DNA from: Azolla caroliniana
Taxonomy: Eukaryota > Plantae > Polypodiophyta
Direction of reading: 5' to 3'
Length of the DNA: 64,000 nt
Assembly (NCBI GenBank): GCA_043228905.1
Contig: JBHGNT010000011.1
Coordinates: 15,128,001 to 15,192,000 of the forward strand
Shown piece after piece: positions 12,301 through 21,909 of the stretch. The translations under genes and the position numbers were made by a program. The notes under the pieces are model-generated. The model searched no databases. It was given only the letters and a program-made list of their open reading frames with translations, and was not told where the DNA came from. Position 1 is the stretch's first letter; each line of letters starts with the position of its first letter.

Positions 12301-12799
12301 TGCAAGCCGGATCTCGTAAGCTGGGGTCCGATGCAACCCCTTTGATTCGGGATTCGCTGCCCCCCGGTAAGGGCGCCGCAACTGGCCTCACCTTCCGGTC
12401 CACAGTCTTGTACTTGGTGCTAACTCGGGCCGTCCGTTCCGACTCGAGCCCTCGACCGAAGTCCGCGATGACTTCGTACATTTCTTCGGAACATACCGGT
12501 ATCGTCCGGTCTTCGATAAGGTCTTCTTCGACTACCCTCCCCAGCATTCCCAAGGTGTCGTCGAAGGAGACTGCCTCCACGGCTCCGTTGATTTCTTCGT
12601 CAGGGCCGAGAACTCCGCACGCCCGAAGTCTCCCCTCCGTCTTTGTTTTCTCTCGGCCGGCGATGCCGACCATCGTACATGCTCCGCTGTCGGAGAAGCA
12701 AAATTTCCTTCCTATTGTACACGGTTTTATCGTACAGATGTGGGGTTTTCCCGGAGCATCCGGACTGTCGCGGCCCCACGCCTTGGCAGTCCTCTCTAA
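9317..12799 (-). CDS. Pol ORF2 (RT, RNase H, integrase), probably entered by -1 frameshift near 12799 rather than at ATG 12673
   Basis: RT motifs DLYSGYDQF, LPQG and FLDD; RNase H TVDTS...KRELWGIV...ETDC; integrase HHCC (HDSPWAGH...CESC), DDE core and GPY motif WFGPY. The frame is open from the slippery site to 12673. Confidence 0.93.
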   Translation of the reverse strand, partial: LERTAKAWGRDSPDAPGKPHICTIKPCTIGRKFCFSDSGACTMVGIAGREKTKTEGRLRACGVLGPDEEINGAVEAVSFDDTLGMLGRVVEEDLIEDRTIPVCSEEMYEVIADFGRGLESERTARVSTKYKTVDRKVRPVAAPLPGGSESRIKGVASDPSLRDPACIGHTFTNETLRELKIGGGGFLLPVEEDRFRRMLGRHGKAFAFSPEEIGCVDPTIVEPMVIFTVPHVPWNLKPIPVPRAHIPKLMELLKQKVDMGILEPSSAPYSNRWFTVPKKNGSLRFIQDLQPVNRVTIRNAGIGPTIDKFAEAFAGRSIYSVGDLYSGYDQFQLAVESRDITTMRTPLGLVRMCTLPQGGTNSVAHMVNAMNKVLRDCIPDITMPFLDDIPIKGCPVEEKDETIGPDGCRRFVVTHIDDCEKVLQRLEDARLTFSGEKSAFGQSEIMVVGHLCGPYGRRPSPAKIEAISAMKPDCSSVTEVRRFLGACAFYHIWIPHYAHVAEPLYGLLKKGRRFEWLDKHTESVWKLKEALSAAPALRKAVYRKGTPVYITVDTSPTGIGWVVNQEDEDDNRFPIRFGAKVLSERQRGYAQVKRELWGIVSAVKADKDYLIGTEVIIETDCMPILGMVSGCATPDLAMLRWIAYIKSLDPEIRHISGKDNAMADMLSRARFDDEGGMVSEDEEVGVDFFETAYVTTDGTSTPALNDFDASKYDGEWLQIGGFLKTMTPDASWTKDEANRIRKKVYRFFLRDGYLWKHPRKRDSAPLRVVAMKEEHEELLTAYHDSPWAGHRGTWATFEKLKGKYWWPGQYQDVHRFVTTCESCQMHSIVRHRDELHPTYPPTIHFKWMVDLVTMPMGIGQMRYLVLAREDLTNQVEGRALPNKTTAAVCQFLIEDVICRYGCVGKIVADRGELDAEEAAELFDRLGVKLSLTTAYNPEANGKVERGHGPIVKALVRACGGRVGNWPRLLPYALWADRTTHSSVTGYMPTELMFGQKPIMPMERTISSWATVDWRDEMSREELLAARIRQLERRPEDVELVAEKLRVARKKNKARFDRTHRLRPKKIEEGDWVLVYDSSLDNQHRATRKFARRWFGPYVVRSANDNGTYHLAELDGTRMAIPVAGKRIKAFKKRHDDEPDPALLVSSDERSENEEEPTGEE

Positions 12800-12805
12800 A
12801 AATCC
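12740..12805 (-). promoter_or_regulatory. Predicted -1 programmed ribosomal frameshift signal
   Basis: G_GAT_TTT (12805-12799) lies directly before the ORF1 TAG. It is followed by a 6-nt spacer and the stem GGACTG/CAGTCC, whose loop GTGGGG is complementary to downstream CCCCAC. ORF2 is in the -1 frame. Confidence 0.8.
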
Positions 12806-14922
12806 TCTCGGTTTTCGGAACCGAGGGAGTCGCGGTTACGTTCGTGGTTCGGCCGTACCGTCAGAAACTGGACCGAATGGCGCCCGTCTTGGCTTTTGAC
12901 CCTCGCGTAGGCCGAACCATTGTCCAGCACCTTGGTCTCCATCCGCGCCGCCGTGATGTACGGCTCTCCCAGTATGACCGGATGCGAAGACGTCTCCTGC
13001 ACGAAGAAGTGCTGGTCAATCTCGACGTCGCCGATCTTGACTCGCACATTCGGACAGGCCCCGTGCAGCTCCTCGGTGGCGCGCGTTGCCGCCCTTATTT
13101 TCCACCCGTGCTTGGTGTTGATCGGCCATTTGCCCTTCTTATAGAAGTCCATGGACATCAAGTTGATCTCCGATCCGTGGTCCACCAAAGCTATCACCGG
13201 TTCCTGGACATCGCCGATCTTCACCGGGGTTTCCGTGGTCGCTCGGGCCCAGTGTAGTCTCGAATAGTGGCTTTCCGCCCACTCGTCTCCCAGCGCCATG
13301 TCGTCTAGGTGCGTCGTCCGCACTTCCACTGGTCTTTCCGGTTCTGTCTCCGTTGACAACCTCTTCCGTTTCACCAAGTCCACGATGGAGTCGTGGAACT
13401 CCTTCTTGGCGATTCCCAGCACCTCTCGTAACGACAGCTCCACCTTGCTGTCGAGGATCCGTTCCTCCAGGACCTTTCGTAAGTCCGTGGTCCTTTCTAT
13501 CTCCGTCCCCAGACGGTACCCGCCCTTCTGGGGTTTATCTTTCGTACCGGCCCCGCCGGCTTCGTCCCGTCGTGGCCCGGACCGGGTCTCGTATCGTTGT
13601 GAGGGCCCGGTCGTCCCGGGTTTCCCCACCTGCTTCTCTTCTACCAGAGCCTCGTAGTTCTGGCAAGCGGCTTCCACGAAGCCCGTCCTTTCCTCGACCG
13701 GGTCGCTCCACCCGGTCATCTCCCGAACCCGTTTCTCCGCGCGGTCCGATTCCTCCCCTTTCAGCCTTGCACCGGCAAGGCCTCCCAGCATCGTCGGCCA
13801 GAATCCGGCTTTGCTTTCCCTTCGGGCCTCGCCGCCCCCAACTCGAATGCCGGCCGACGCCGAGTAGTGGACAGTTTCCGCGTGTCGGGCCGCCGCCTCT
13901 TCCATCAACCTTTTCATACCACCTCGCCCGTCGTTTCGGCTCAGGGCCCTTCGGGTGTCGTTGGCATGCACCCGTCCTTCCCACAGGTACACCACCCTAT
14001 CCCTTAGCGCCTCCGCGAAGTCGCTGCAGTCCTTCCGAATGTGGCCGACTTCATCGCACCACATGCACCTGTTTCCTGCCGCCGGCCGTCGGTCACGAGC
14101 CGGTTCGCCACCTTCCCTTCGGGCTTGCGCGATTTGGAGGTCCTTTACCGCCCTCGTCAATTCCTCCAGCGCCGCTCCTCCGGTTGAGCCTCTGACTACG
14201 CCGGTCGAAGCCGAACCGGTTTCCAACCACTCTCGGGTCTCTTCCTTTCGCACCTGTGGCGCTGGTTCGAACTTCCTTGTTGCGACCGAGCCCGACCCGG
14301 TTACCCCGTTATCCGCCCATTCTCGCCGTTTGTCGAAACGGCCACAGACTTTCTTGACAGCCGCCCAGTCGGTAGTGAGCCCGTCTTTGGTTTCCAGCAA
14401 GAGGCCCACTTGCTCCCGATCCCGCTCGTCGACCGACTTGACAAACAGCAAGACCCGGCTCGTGTCCAGGATGGTTCGGTCGAGCGCCGAAAGGCGCGCA
14501 AAGTTTTCCTCGAACTCCCGGAGGAGTGCCGACGCGTTTCTTCCCTTCCCCGGGGACTCCACCCATTCCATGAACCTTCGCTTCGAAAGTCGGAGCGCGT
14601 CGTCCAGCCCGTATTTCTCTAGGAGCCGACCTTCGAACTCCTCCCAGGTACGGCTCTCCGCCCGCACCTCGAGCACCTCCGCATGGATGCTCGGCATTGC
14701 CACTCGGGGAAATCCGGCAAGACGCCTTTCTTCCGGAATGTCCCGCATCAGCATTTCTGCACCGTAGGACGCCAGATACTTCGTGGCATCCCTCCCATCG
14801 AACCGGCCGATCGTGCCGACGACCGCCTCGATAGCTCTGTCGAGGGCACCGGTGCCCTCGCGCGCGTTTACAATCCGATCCACGGCCGAAGCCATGGCCT
14901 CTGCAAGATCCGACCCCCTCAT
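12796..14922 (-). CDS. ORF1: Gag plus aspartic protease
   Basis: Zinc knuckle CMWCDEVGHIRKDC; protease ALVDHGSEINLM...VILGEPY. The first ATG is at 14922; the GTG at 14949 lies inside the PBS. Confidence 0.9.
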   Translation of the reverse strand: MRGSDLAEAMASAVDRIVNAREGTGALDRAIEAVVGTIGRFDGRDATKYLASYGAEMLMRDIPEERRLAGFPRVAMPSIHAEVLEVRAESRTWEEFEGRLLEKYGLDDALRLSKRRFMEWVESPGKGRNASALLREFEENFARLSALDRTILDTSRVLLFVKSVDERDREQVGLLLETKDGLTTDWAAVKKVCGRFDKRREWADNGVTGSGSVATRKFEPAPQVRKEETREWLETGSASTGVVRGSTGGAALEELTRAVKDLQIAQARREGGEPARDRRPAAGNRCMWCDEVGHIRKDCSDFAEALRDRVVYLWEGRVHANDTRRALSRNDGRGGMKRLMEEAAARHAETVHYSASAGIRVGGGEARRESKAGFWPTMLGGLAGARLKGEESDRAEKRVREMTGWSDPVEERTGFVEAACQNYEALVEEKQVGKPGTTGPSQRYETRSGPRRDEAGGAGTKDKPQKGGYRLGTEIERTTDLRKVLEERILDSKVELSLREVLGIAKKEFHDSIVDLVKRKRLSTETEPERPVEVRTTHLDDMALGDEWAESHYSRLHWARATTETPVKIGDVQEPVIALVDHGSEINLMSMDFYKKGKWPINTKHGWKIRAATRATEELHGACPNVRVKIGDVEIDQHFFVQETSSHPVILGEPYITAARMETKVLDNGSAYARVKSQDGRHSVQFLTVRPNHERNRDSLGSENREDF

Positions 14923-14944
14923 CTTCTGCTCTTCTGCCGCCTCT

Positions 14945-14962
14945 TTCACGTCGGGTTCACCA
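14945..14962 (-). promoter_or_regulatory. Primer binding site complementary to the 3' end of tRNA-Trp(CCA)
   Basis: The plus strand TTCACGTCGGGTTCACCA equals the last 18 nt, including CCA, of plant cytosolic tRNA-Trp as I recall it. It sits 4 nt from the 5' LTR. Confidence 0.85.
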
Positions 14963-14966
14963 AAGA

Positions 14967-15760
14967 TGTCTAGATATTACGCAAGTGCGTGTGGAAACGA
15001 GGCGGGACCGCGGGGGTCTCGAACCAAAGAGCAAGCGAGGGAGGAGAAAGAGGGAGAACCTGCTACGCAGGACCGGGGATACACAGGGACACGGCCCTTC
15101 AGCACAGAGAACGCGAACAGACACCGACACAGACAGATGCGAATGACTAAATATGTATATTAAGAAAAATGGCTAGCACGACTACAACCCCCGATGGGGC
15201 ACGGGTTGGTTACAACCGAACAGGCCGGCGAACAGATGCCGATGCCTGTTCGCTTCGACGCACAAAGGGGGGGTAGCAGGTCGGAGGTGCTGCCGGAAGC
15301 ACTCGGGCGTTCCTCAAAACAGCGCGAGCCTCCTCGGAACCCTGCACAGAAAGCTATGGAGCTCAAGAAGGAAGGAAACAGAGAGAGAAGCGTCCAGAAA
15401 CGGTCCGACAGCACTTCGTCCTCTCTGCGCGAGATGCCTGCAACAACTCTTTCCTGCTCTTATATAGGCCGACGAGCAGGCCGTCATGTCAGCTTTATTC
15501 CCTGTCCCTTTTGAACAGGGATCCGCTCCGTTCTTCACGCATCCGCGTAGTTACGCCGCCGACTCGTGCCGTCCCTTAGCTCGCGCGCACGACCGAAAAG
15601 ACTGTTCGCGCGGTCTTTGTCTCCACTCGTGTTAGGGCCCGTTCCTGCCGATTATCCTCCTAACTCGCCTCTATGTTCGACTTGGAGCGTGCGCGCGTGA
15701 GGAACCGGTTCCCACGCCTTGGTCTGCCGATTCCGCTTATGGACGGTTTTCTTCACGACA
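14967..15760 (-). repeat. 5' LTR of the gypsy element, with TATA box CCTATATAAG on minus at about 15459-15468
   Basis: 794-bp near-identical copy of 8452-9245, adjacent to the PBS. Confidence 0.96.
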
Positions 15761-15764
15761 CCGT

Positions 15765-17953
15765 GTCCAACCAAATACTATATACAAATTCAGTTGGCGA
15801 GGCTCTAACTTGATGAAAAGCGAGAGAGCATAGAGCCTTCTAGATGTAATATGTAGTAGTACTACTCAATATATCCCATAATGGTTGCACCTTCTTCCTT
15901 CTTCCTAAAAACTACATTGACACTAATGGAAGTACACGAACACTCCCAAAGTTAGAGTGAAAACCATGGTCCATAGATTCAACGTTGTAATGGAAAATAG
16001 AGCAGACAAGTGACATCCAAACCACCATGCCCCATGTGAATAACAATGGGGGAAAGTAGTTAGCAAATATTCTAAGGAGGCATTGACATACTAATTGAGA
16101 CTCAATGTAGTCTTATAGACAATCTTTCTGAGTTTCATCTTGTAAATAACATCGAGCACAACTAGAGGATACACCCATTGTATGCAACCATGTGCCAATA
16201 GGCAAGGCTCGATGCACAAATAACCATTGTACATGAAGCATTTGTCGTGGTTGTTTTATTGCCCATAGGTTAACCTATAACTTAGCAAGAAACTTTAGAG
16301 TAATACCCTGTTGACTCTAGTATTGAAATGTAGTTGGTACACATCCCATCTGTTATGAGTAGGACCATATAATATATCGTGGTAAGTTGTATTGTAGTGT
16401 TTTACACACGAGAATAACTTGTGAGGGTTAACCGAGAGTGTAAAGAAGGGAGGGTTACTTTTAATCCTAGGAATTGAGACAACCTATTAAGACAAAGTGT
16501 GAGCTTGCTTGGGGGCATTAGGTCGGGCTATAAATATGAGGCCAAGCTACCCTCATTTGACACATTATTGACTGTGTCGAGACTTTGATATTGTGGTGGT
16601 CAACTCTTGTAGTGAGCGTGCTAGTACCACGTACAACTCGATTCATGATTGTGGTATGGGACACCGATCGAGGCTCGAGTCCATCTCGATCCCTTCGCTC
16701 AGGGTGGTCGGGTGGATCGGCACCCTTCTTTCTCTCTCTTCTCTATTTTCCTATCTATTATTTCCTTGTCATATGCTTACATTAGGATTAAACTCTAACA
16801 CCATCTATCCAACAACAAATGTCTTCCCAACTATAAAGCATATTGGAAAATTTTTAAGTTACCAGTAAATGGATATGTCCACTGATAATCAATTGGGTCC
16901 TATGCTAATCTGAACAAAGGTTTTTTCACTAACATCCACAACTTCCAACGCCGCCTTATGTCCTCTACCGATGGGTTAGTGTACCATTTGTTATGAGCAT
17001 CTCCTATTATCCTTAGGTTGTGTTCCATAATTCATTACCATTTCCTGCAACTGAGACAATTGATTTGCGTTATTCACATAAAAAAGACGAAAGTTCTTAT
17101 CCTCTAAAGACCCCTTTACAATCAAGAGTACTTCCAATATTGAAAAAACACCTATCCATCTATGGTAGGTGCTAGTGGTTGATATGGTGACTCTACTCAT
17201 AACTTTTTGAATTTGATGATACATTAGTTGTCATCCATGCATCCTATGTGGTGCTTGTTTTTGTTCCTCCGAGGAGCACGATAAAAATACCTACCAAGGC
17301 TTGATTAAGTTAGAAGGACCTTAATATGCCAATTTTCCAGATGTCAACCACTATCTAGAACCCAATACTAAACCATATGATGTTATAAACAATGGGTTCC
17401 ATACTACCCTTTGTTAGATATGGAGTCGGCCACAACTGAACTTCCAGCACAAAAGAGAGGGAAAATAGAAAAATGAAATGTACAGACTCAAAGACATGAG
17501 ATGTTAACGTGAAAAACCCTGAATGGGAAAAACCACGACAGTCCACAAACTCCAAACTAATCGCTATAGCATGAGGAATACATCAAGAGTCTCGAAGGTA
17601 GCAACCTTGAGCTCTTCATCGTGTACAGACGGTTACAGAGTTACTACTCTCACACTCTCTCTCTTAGCTCACGCTTAGTACACCTTGTACAACTCATTAA
17701 CTACAACAACACTATATCTCATTATTAGCCCTAAGTATATTTATACCATTGTGTGCATGTGTTCATTTGTCTTACCCTTTTAACATACCCTTTTTAGCAT
17801 GCATGTACCTAAGCCAACCCACCCATTTCACACACCCATTTTAGCACGCATGTAGCTAAGCCAACCCAAATGGGTACATTTGTATCAACTATAAATTGAG
17901 CAAGAAGTAACAAGCTAAGTAGGTTGGTTTTGATCTCTTATGTGCATTTAACA
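15765..17953 (-). mobile_element. Highly degenerate Ty1/copia remnant with LTR-like segment at about 17412-17953; probably continues left of the gypsy insertion
   Basis: TGTTAG...TTAACA segment containing the copia-LTR-like motif TTAACGTGAAAAACCC...GGGAAAAACCACG. TYHRWIG resembles the GAG-pre-integrase motif WHRRLGH. Faint RT-like traces flank the gypsy TSD. Confidence 0.4.
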
Positions 17954-18167
17954 ATACTTATACATTGTAGTAGGCGCATCAAAACATATTTGCAGATATG
18001 TCCTCTTCCGGATTCATCTCCGAATCTGATCTCTCGTTCGGAACCATTTGAAACCGGCTCATGGTCTTCCCATCCGGAGGGACCTGTTTCCTAACACCCT
18101 TTGTCTCGGATGCTCATCATCACTTGGGTAAGCACATACACATACACATACATGATACACATACATG

Positions 18168-18198
<31 letters not shown>

Positions 18199-18635
18199 TA
18201 TCTTCATGTTTTGTTCATAGATCAGTCAAGACAAAATTAAAGAAGTGTGAGTACAGAAGAGTGTTCAGAAATTCAAAAGGATGGGTGTGTATCTGCAACG
18301 GGTCAATTCTCCCTCCCCTCCCTTCCCCTCTCTGGGTCCGCAGCTATGGCGACCTCAAGCTTTCTAGTGTTTCCTCACATTGAAGATTTCTAGGGCGATT
18401 TGATGATTCCCCTGGGGTTTTTCTTAGATTAGTAGTGGTTATTTAGCGTTTCCTCATATGAATACGGCTTCCATATGTGAAGATTTAGCAGCATTTCCTC
18501 CTATTGGGTTTCCCGATATGAAGCTTTCTAGGATTTCCTCAGATGCAGATTCCTCAGGGTTTTCTCTATGAGGATTTGCTCGGATTTGCTCCTTATATGA
18601 AGATTTAGGGTTTCTTTCTTCCAGAAACCTCCAAA

Positions 18636-21600
18636 ATGCCTCCACGTCGAGCAAAGAACTTTGACAGAATGGACTGTCCTATATCTCCAAGGTGATCTCT
18701 CTTTCTCTATCTGTCTGTATCTATTTGTTTTTATTTAGTTTTCACTTCAGGACGGGAGTTGACGGTCAAATCTAGAAAAGATTGCGCATTCCATGGAAGC
18801 TTTTGTCTTTTCTCTCAAGATTTATTATTGATGATGAATAGATCAGTGTAATGCCACACCATAACGTTTTAAACAGGAAAATATACCATCATTATATGTG
18901 GTAGGTAAATTCTAGCACTCAATGAAAATATATCTGGCTTTTGTGTATGGATGGCATATGGTTGAGAAGAAAGTTGAATTCTCAACACTTGATGAGTGAG
19001 TAAACAAATATACTTACATTGGATTTTTAACATACTCATGTACTTTTAAGATAACAAATGAATACATGTTTGTATTGCATGTGTTAGTATTTACTATGAG
19101 ATTTTTGAACGTTTGTTAACAATGTGAGTGTTCAGTAAGGTTGTTTAATAAACATCATAAAAAAAGTTCTTTTTCTTGCAGTCTAACCAACCAGAAGAGC
19201 CCTGCCAATACTTCCTATATACAACCTGAGACTCCAGCCACTATGGTGAACACAAATTTAGTAGGAACCAGCGAAAGAGAGTTGAGGAAGAGACCACCTC
19301 CACCACCAGGTATGTGTCAGAGTTTTGAGTGTTTTACGTTGTTACTCTTGTAAATAGAATTGTAAATGTTAACGAAAAATCGTTAGGAAATGTTTTGAAC
19401 TAGGCTATATTTTGATTTTGGCACTCTGGCAGTTTCAGATGTTCAGCAAAACAACGGAAGAAGGACTAGCTTGAGAGCGAAAGGGAAGGCGCAGAGTAAA
19501 CCTCAAGATCATCAGGTGGCAGAATCAATATCAAAATTTGATAATGATGTAAAGGAAGAGAATCATCAACAATCAACTAAGGTTGTTAGTCTCATCCAGT
19601 ATTCAAGCAGAAGAATAGGTCAGGGGCGTCCTCCGATTGCTCCGAGTCAAGTGCCTCAGAGTCCTTCATTAGAGAAATTTAGTGGTAAACACCTTGTTTC
19701 TGCACAAATACTACCGTCAGAAGAGAATATGTTTCAGAAGCAAACACCGGGAAATAGGAACATTGTTACTTTGGTGATGGAGAATACGGAGACTCCAGTA
19801 ACAGCAGTAATGAAAAACAATCTTGCTGCTGTAAGATCATCTACACGCAATGCACGTGCTCCCATGACAGAAGTGGTGACGAATGGTTCAATCCGTCCAG
19901 TGAGATCATCTACTCGTATCAAGAAAGCTGATCTTAATGAAGAAGAAGCTTTAGTTGTGTGTGAACCAAAGAAATCAACTGTAGTGGCTTCAAAGAGGAA
20001 TTCAGGTTCAGAAAAGCTGCAACCAACTACAGCAAAAAGAGCTAAGAATGATTGCAAAGGAAGTTCTGACAAAGATGTCCTCCCCACAGAAGAAGAAGCT
20101 CTAGTTGTGAGTGAACTGAAGAAATCAACTGTAGTGGCTTCAAAGAGGAATACAGCTTCAGAAAAGCTGCAACCAACTACAGCAAAAAGAGGTAAGAAAG
20201 ATTGCAAAGGAAGTTCTGACAAAGATCCCCTCCCCACAGAAGAAGAAGCTCTAGTTGTGAGTGAACTGAAGAAATCAACTGTAGTGGCTTTAAAGAGGAA
20301 TTCAGCTTCAGAAAAGCTGCAATCAACTACAGCAAAAAGAGCTAAGAAAGATTGCAAAGGAGGTTCTGACAAAGATGTCCTCCCCACACCAATTATTCCC
20401 TCAGGTACCAAAAGAGGGAGGAGCTTGAGCACTTCGAAGTCTCTGGAAATACTCAGTGTTCAAAGTGATAATCCATCACCGAAAGATGAGGGAGTTAGTC
20501 AGCCTATTAGGAAAAGAGGTCGAAGATGCAATTCAACCAAGTCAGTTGAATCAGTCAACATTGAAGAGAACATGGACATTCAAAACCAAATCGTAATGAA
20601 GTCCATTGAAAATATTAAAGATCTCAAAGAAAGAATCGAGGAGAAGATGGAGGTTGCTGCTCAACCCAAACGAAGAAGACCTGCCAAAACTTTGACAAAG
20701 ATGACCGAAGGAACGAAGCATTTAAAAGTTACGATGGAGTCAACATCCTTGAGAGACCTACCCTTAGGAGAAAGCCCTCCTCAGTCGTTGATAGATCTCT
20801 CTAGTAATGAATGTGAACATGGAATCAATGCAAGTGATAGTAAAGACGACACACAAATTTGCACTACTTTAGATACTAAAGTCAGGTCGACAGCTCAAAA
20901 AAGAGGGGAAAAAAACGTCAACAAGAAAGCTGCATCTAGAACAAGTACCCAAACAAACAAGAAAGCAGACTCTTCTGCTAGTGTGGTTGATACTGTGACT
21001 GTGCCTTTGGCCTCATTGGGAGAAATGGAACCTTTGACACAGCCATCTGATGTGATAATTATACCTGCTGCGATGAAAAAAGTTAACAAGAAACCTTCAT
21101 CAAGATTGACCACCCGAGCTACAAGAAAAAACGCGGACTCTTCTATTAGCCTGGTGGATACCATACTTTCAACGAATCCTCTTGAAGTATCAAATACCTC
21201 AGCTGCTTTGCCCCCTACTTTGGATACGTTTCTGTTGCATACAATTGGAAATGATGAAAACTCCTCCCATCCAAATAGCGATGAGATGGCCCAATCACCT
21301 ATTGAACTATTGAAACAGAAAATACCCAAAAAAATGACAATTACTGAAGGAAGAAACACTAAGCAAAGGACCTCGTCAAAAGCTGCCCAGAAGGCACCGC
21401 CACTGCCATCTGTGGCAGAAGATCAGCTGGATGAGCTGCAGACATCACTAACCATGGATGAACTTAAGAATACTCAGAAAGCAGATGGAATACTCAATTC
21501 TAAGACACAAATATCAATAGCCATGGATGAGCTTGATAATGCTCAGAATGCAGATGAAAAATTCAATTCAAACGTGCAAACTGGAGGAAAGAAAGGTGTG

Positions 21601-21909
21601 ACAAAGAAGAGATCTCTTCAAGAAAATGTTCTAAAAACGAAGAGGTTTAAAAAGAGCACTGAGATGTCATCTGCAAGAACCCCTAATTCCACACATACAA
21701 TCACAAAGGAGAGAGCAAATGTGAAGAGCAGCGCTTCAGCTACGAAGCATAGTGGTGATTGGGATGCTAACGAAATTACCAATACAGGAGGGTGTAAATT
21801 AAGGAATGATATATTGAAGACCCGAGGACAAGGAAAAGCTCCGAGGAACAGGATGCTTGAATTTGATGCTTTACCAGTACGATTTGGGTTGGGAATAAGT
21901 GGATTGTAG
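18636..21909 (+). CDS. Uncharacterised K/S/T-rich, probably disordered nuclear protein, about 886 aa; join(18636..18691,19182..19309,19433..21909)
   Basis: ATG in AAAATGC context. Two GT-AG introns have compatible phases (2 then 1) and join into the 812-aa ORF. Basic clusters KRGRS and RKRGRR. No domain recognised. Confidence 0.75.
19939..20388 (+). repeat. Coding tandem repeat, 3 x 150 bp (50 aa)
   Basis: EEEALVV.E.KKSTVVA.KRN..SEKLQ.TTAKR.K.DCKG.SDKD.LPT starts at 19939, 20089 and 20239. Confidence 0.95.

Larger units (their letters stand above)
8452..15760 (-). mobile_element. Full-length, apparently intact Ty3/gypsy LTR retrotransposon, 7309 bp, no chromodomain
   Basis: Two 794-bp TG...CA LTRs, TSD CCGT (8448-8451 and 15761-15764), PBS, PPT and uninterrupted GAG-PR and RT-RH-INT ORFs in gypsy domain order. 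Confidence 0.97.

Noticed and set aside
16390-16781. Possible solo LTR (TGT...ACA with TATAAAT)
   Set aside because: No matching TSD and no second copy in the window to define the ends.
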